The notes beneath the pieces were generated by a model. The model saw only the letters and a program-made list of their open reading frames with translations. It had not been told where the DNA came from and ran no database searches. A DNA stretch of 53,982 nucleotides from Trypethelium eluteriae (lineage: Eukaryota): NCBI GenBank assembly GCA_051942245.1, contig JAVECL010000100.1, positions 1 to 53,982 of the forward strand, read 5' to 3'. This document shows, in pieces, positions 51,241 to 53,982 of this stretch. The position numbers and the translations under genes were made by a program. Position 1 is the stretch's first letter, and every line of letters starts with the position of its first letter.

Positions 51241-51614
51241 ATCATATAGCTTGAGAAGTTGACTGGTGATCGCTGCTCCATATCACTGAGAGGTTCAAGC
51301 AGAGCAGCCTCCCAAAGATCATAGCCGATAAGCGTCCTTGTATTCTTATGTTTAGATAGCCATGCCAGCATCGAAATGGCCAACAATGTGAGGCCTATCG
51401 GAGACGGTTCCTACTAGCGCTGCAGAGTTTTCCTGGTCGAAAGTCAATTCTGAATGATAGATCTACCTTCCCTGACCGAGTGAGCTGGAGAAGACGCGTA
51501 GTCACGTGCCGGTGCATTTTGTACCTCTCCAAGGGCCGCACTCGAAGCTTCCCAAATATCGAAGCCGACGTTCCTACGAGAGGATACGACGGCACGTACC
51601 CAAGTTGGTTTTCC

Positions 51615-53170
51615 ATGTCGAAGCAAGAGAAGATGCCCCTTCGCCCTCTCAAGACTGTTCACGAATGCCGGGCGGTCGACCAGACGTTGGACGTCTATGT
51701 CGTCGAGGTCCCAAGCGGGCTTGCGGGTAAATCAATCGAGTACGTTCAGGAGACCGCATCCTTCAGAATCCAGGATGCCCACAATAACGTCTCAGCGTGA
51801 TCAAGGCCGCCTTCCCGGACGTGAGAAACGCCGATACGTTTTACCTTCGCCGCTGCGCAAAACCAGAGCATTTGCCAGCACATGTGAGAGCTCTTTTTCC
51901 AACCACAAAACCTCGTTCGGCCCGGACATCCTCCCCTACAACTGCGGCTCATAAACCTGAAGAACTTTCTCTCCTTCCTTCAAAACCACAAGGCCAGAAC
52001 AATGCCACTAAGCAGAATATAGCAACAAATGAATCATCACCACTGTTCTTGCTCGCATGTCCCGCCTCTCGTGTCACCCGCGAACAGCTGTCTTCCCTTC
52101 TGTCCTCTAATGTCCCTTCCTTGCCATTATACCCTGAGATACATGTCGTCGCTGTCCCTGCTCTTGCTCCTACGAGTTACGAAAAAGCTGCAATGTGGAC
52201 CAAGGCTTTTTGGCCTACTGTCTACAAAAGTACCAACCCTTTCGGTCCCCACCCATCGGTCGTATCACGCGCCCAAAATGAAGTCTCTCTCAATGTCGAA
52301 ATGTTCATGGGCCTTGCACAAAGCTGCGGTAGAGTGGTCAGTGCTGCGGGATTGGGCGAAAGAATCGGATGCGTAATCGCAGAGCGGGACTGGCACAAGA
52401 AAGCAACAGTGGTCGCCGCAGCAGGCGACTTACGCTACGCTAATCGCAAGGCGAACATGGATGACAAGGAAGTGTGTCCGGGAGCTAATGTAATGGGGCA
52501 TGCCGTGTTGAGAGCAATCGGGATTGTCTCTAGAAAACGGCGCGAGGCGGCTGCCGCTGAGCGCGCTCAATCTGATAGACCGGCCACCCCGACGGTGAAC
52601 TGCGCAACCTGCTCACATGCTGACCTTACGGACTTCTTCCATTGCGATATCTGTCTAGATGGTACGTACAATCTTTGTTCCAACTGCTATACATGCGGGA
52701 CCCGCTGTTGGGAAGGCGAAGGGCACGACCTCCTCCGCTGCACAGTGGAAAAGGCCCAGACGAAGCCGATAGCTGCGGAGTCCATCCCACCTGAAACCGA
52801 AACTGACTGCGGCGAAAAAGATCACTTCTGGGATCGTCCTCTACCTGATAGTCCGGAGACACATGCATATCACGACAGCCGTGTGGATCACCGCGGGTAT
52901 CTCTGCCATAAGATGGAGATTTACATCACGCACGAGCCATGCATCATGTGCAGTCAAGCACTACTCCACTCACGTTTCGGCCGCATTGTCATTGGTCAGC
53001 GGATGCCAGAGACTGGAGCGTTGACATCTGAGACCGAGGGCGAGTCTGCAGGGCGAGGGTACGGTCTGTGGTGGCGGAAAGAGCTAAATTGGAACGCGTT
53101 GGCGTATGAGGTCGAGAAGTCAAAAGATGACGAGGGAGGCAGTCATGTCGGTCCGGAGGTGCATGCGTGA
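51615..53170 (+). CDS. TAD3: tRNA-specific adenosine-34 deaminase subunit Tad3, carrying an internal ZZ-type zinc finger; intron 51740-51795
   Basis: LRPLKT..E, YLRRCAKPEHLP, VPALAPTS...A..WT..FWPTVYK..NPFGPHPS, pseudo-catalytic GHAVLRAIG (V replacing E), GYLCHKMEIYITHEPCIMCSQALLHSRF and YGLWWRKELNW. Confidence 0.93.
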
Positions 53171-53828
53171 TGAGGTTTACGGCAGCATGGATTTTATGAA
53201 TTCCGGGAATCATGTGGACTACCGAGCTGCATGAGATGGCGTTTGATTGAACATCATGGACACGGATAGACATAGTGAGGGATAGGTCTTCTGCAGCGCT
53301 CTGGATGTATATGGTAGGAAAATTCCGTCTACAGTGATTACTAGTCGAGGCACTAAAGCATTGAAGTCGATATCAAGGCAGTAGCAATGCGATCTGAAGC
53401 GACCAATCTGCGATGATAGTTCAGATTTGTGTTAGCAGTGTTGGATACCTTACACTAAAAAGCCATCATGAGAAAGAGGCGGCTAGTATTTTTAACTTCC
53501 TATGCTTCCGTGAGTTCCGGGGGTCCCTCAGCAAAATTTCCCTAGATTCCAAGGAGAAGAGCTCATTAAGATGTTATATTGAGTAAGCACCGGAGGCAAA
53601 TTTCCTTTCCCAGTTGCATTCAATCCGATAGGTCCCCAGCAAAATAATAAGCATTGTATGCCTCACCGACATATCTTGTGGCATTTCCTGGTGAACCCTC
53701 AAAGAAAGGCTGGCCCATGCCTACCGTACCCATCCGAACTCAAATCCACCTAGCAAAAATAGGAGCCGGGAAAAAACAAAGAACTCCGCAACGAATCCCG
53801 ACGAAAAAACAGCCTGAACCAGAAGAAA

Positions 53829-53982
53829 CTACGACGCATCCATTTCATGCACCCCCAACCGCGAATTCCTCTGCGACCCCGTCAGCCCCACCTCCCTAAA
53901 CATCGTCCCTGACCGCTGTGACAGATTCCGCGGTGTGCCTGCCGCCGCAGTTGGCGCCATCCCCATCCCCATTCCCGTTCCC
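53829..53982 (-). CDS. Probable 3' end of a gene entering from beyond the window
   Basis: Open G-rich frame GTGMGMGMAPTAAAGTPRNLSQRSGTMFREVGLTGSQRNSRLGVHEMDAS* ending at 53829, followed by 3'UTR-like T-rich sequence. No recognisable domain. Confidence 0.45.
   Translation of the reverse strand, partial: GTGMGMGMAPTAAAGTPRNLSQRSGTMFREVGLTGSQRNSRLGVHEMDAS

Overview
Gene-dense genomic DNA from a filamentous ascomycete (about 50% GC, short GT-AG introns with CTAAC/CTGAC-type branch points, a RIP-mutated transposon). The species cannot be identified from the sequence. I count about 20 complete spliced genes and two partial genes at the window edges. They include an AusD/Trt5-type methyltransferase, a DHA1 MFS drug transporter, SEY1, a cutinase, an EthD protein, a DUF1772 protein, a Pumilio/PUF RNA-binding protein, a large S9-like alpha/beta hydrolase, a triose-phosphate-transporter-family protein, a PD-(D/E)xK-like hypothetical protein, an amino-acid permease, an arylsulfatase, a membrane-anchored lectin-like protein, an F-box-like protein, a TOXD-like enoyl reductase, a standalone JmjC dioxygenase and TAD3. 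About 25-41 kb looks like an accessory island: a full-length RIP-inactivated pogo/Fot1 transposon with 42-bp TIRs, a P450 relic, an MFS gene with an early stop and a secreted Arg/Pro-rich precursor. Best leads: (1) a ZZ-type zinc finger inserted inside the TAD3 deaminase domain; (2) a cutinase whose last intron could switch it between secreted and GPI-anchored forms; (3) a Kex2-type precursor of a cationic Pro/Arg-rich peptide. All exon boundaries and family calls were made by eye, with no database searches.
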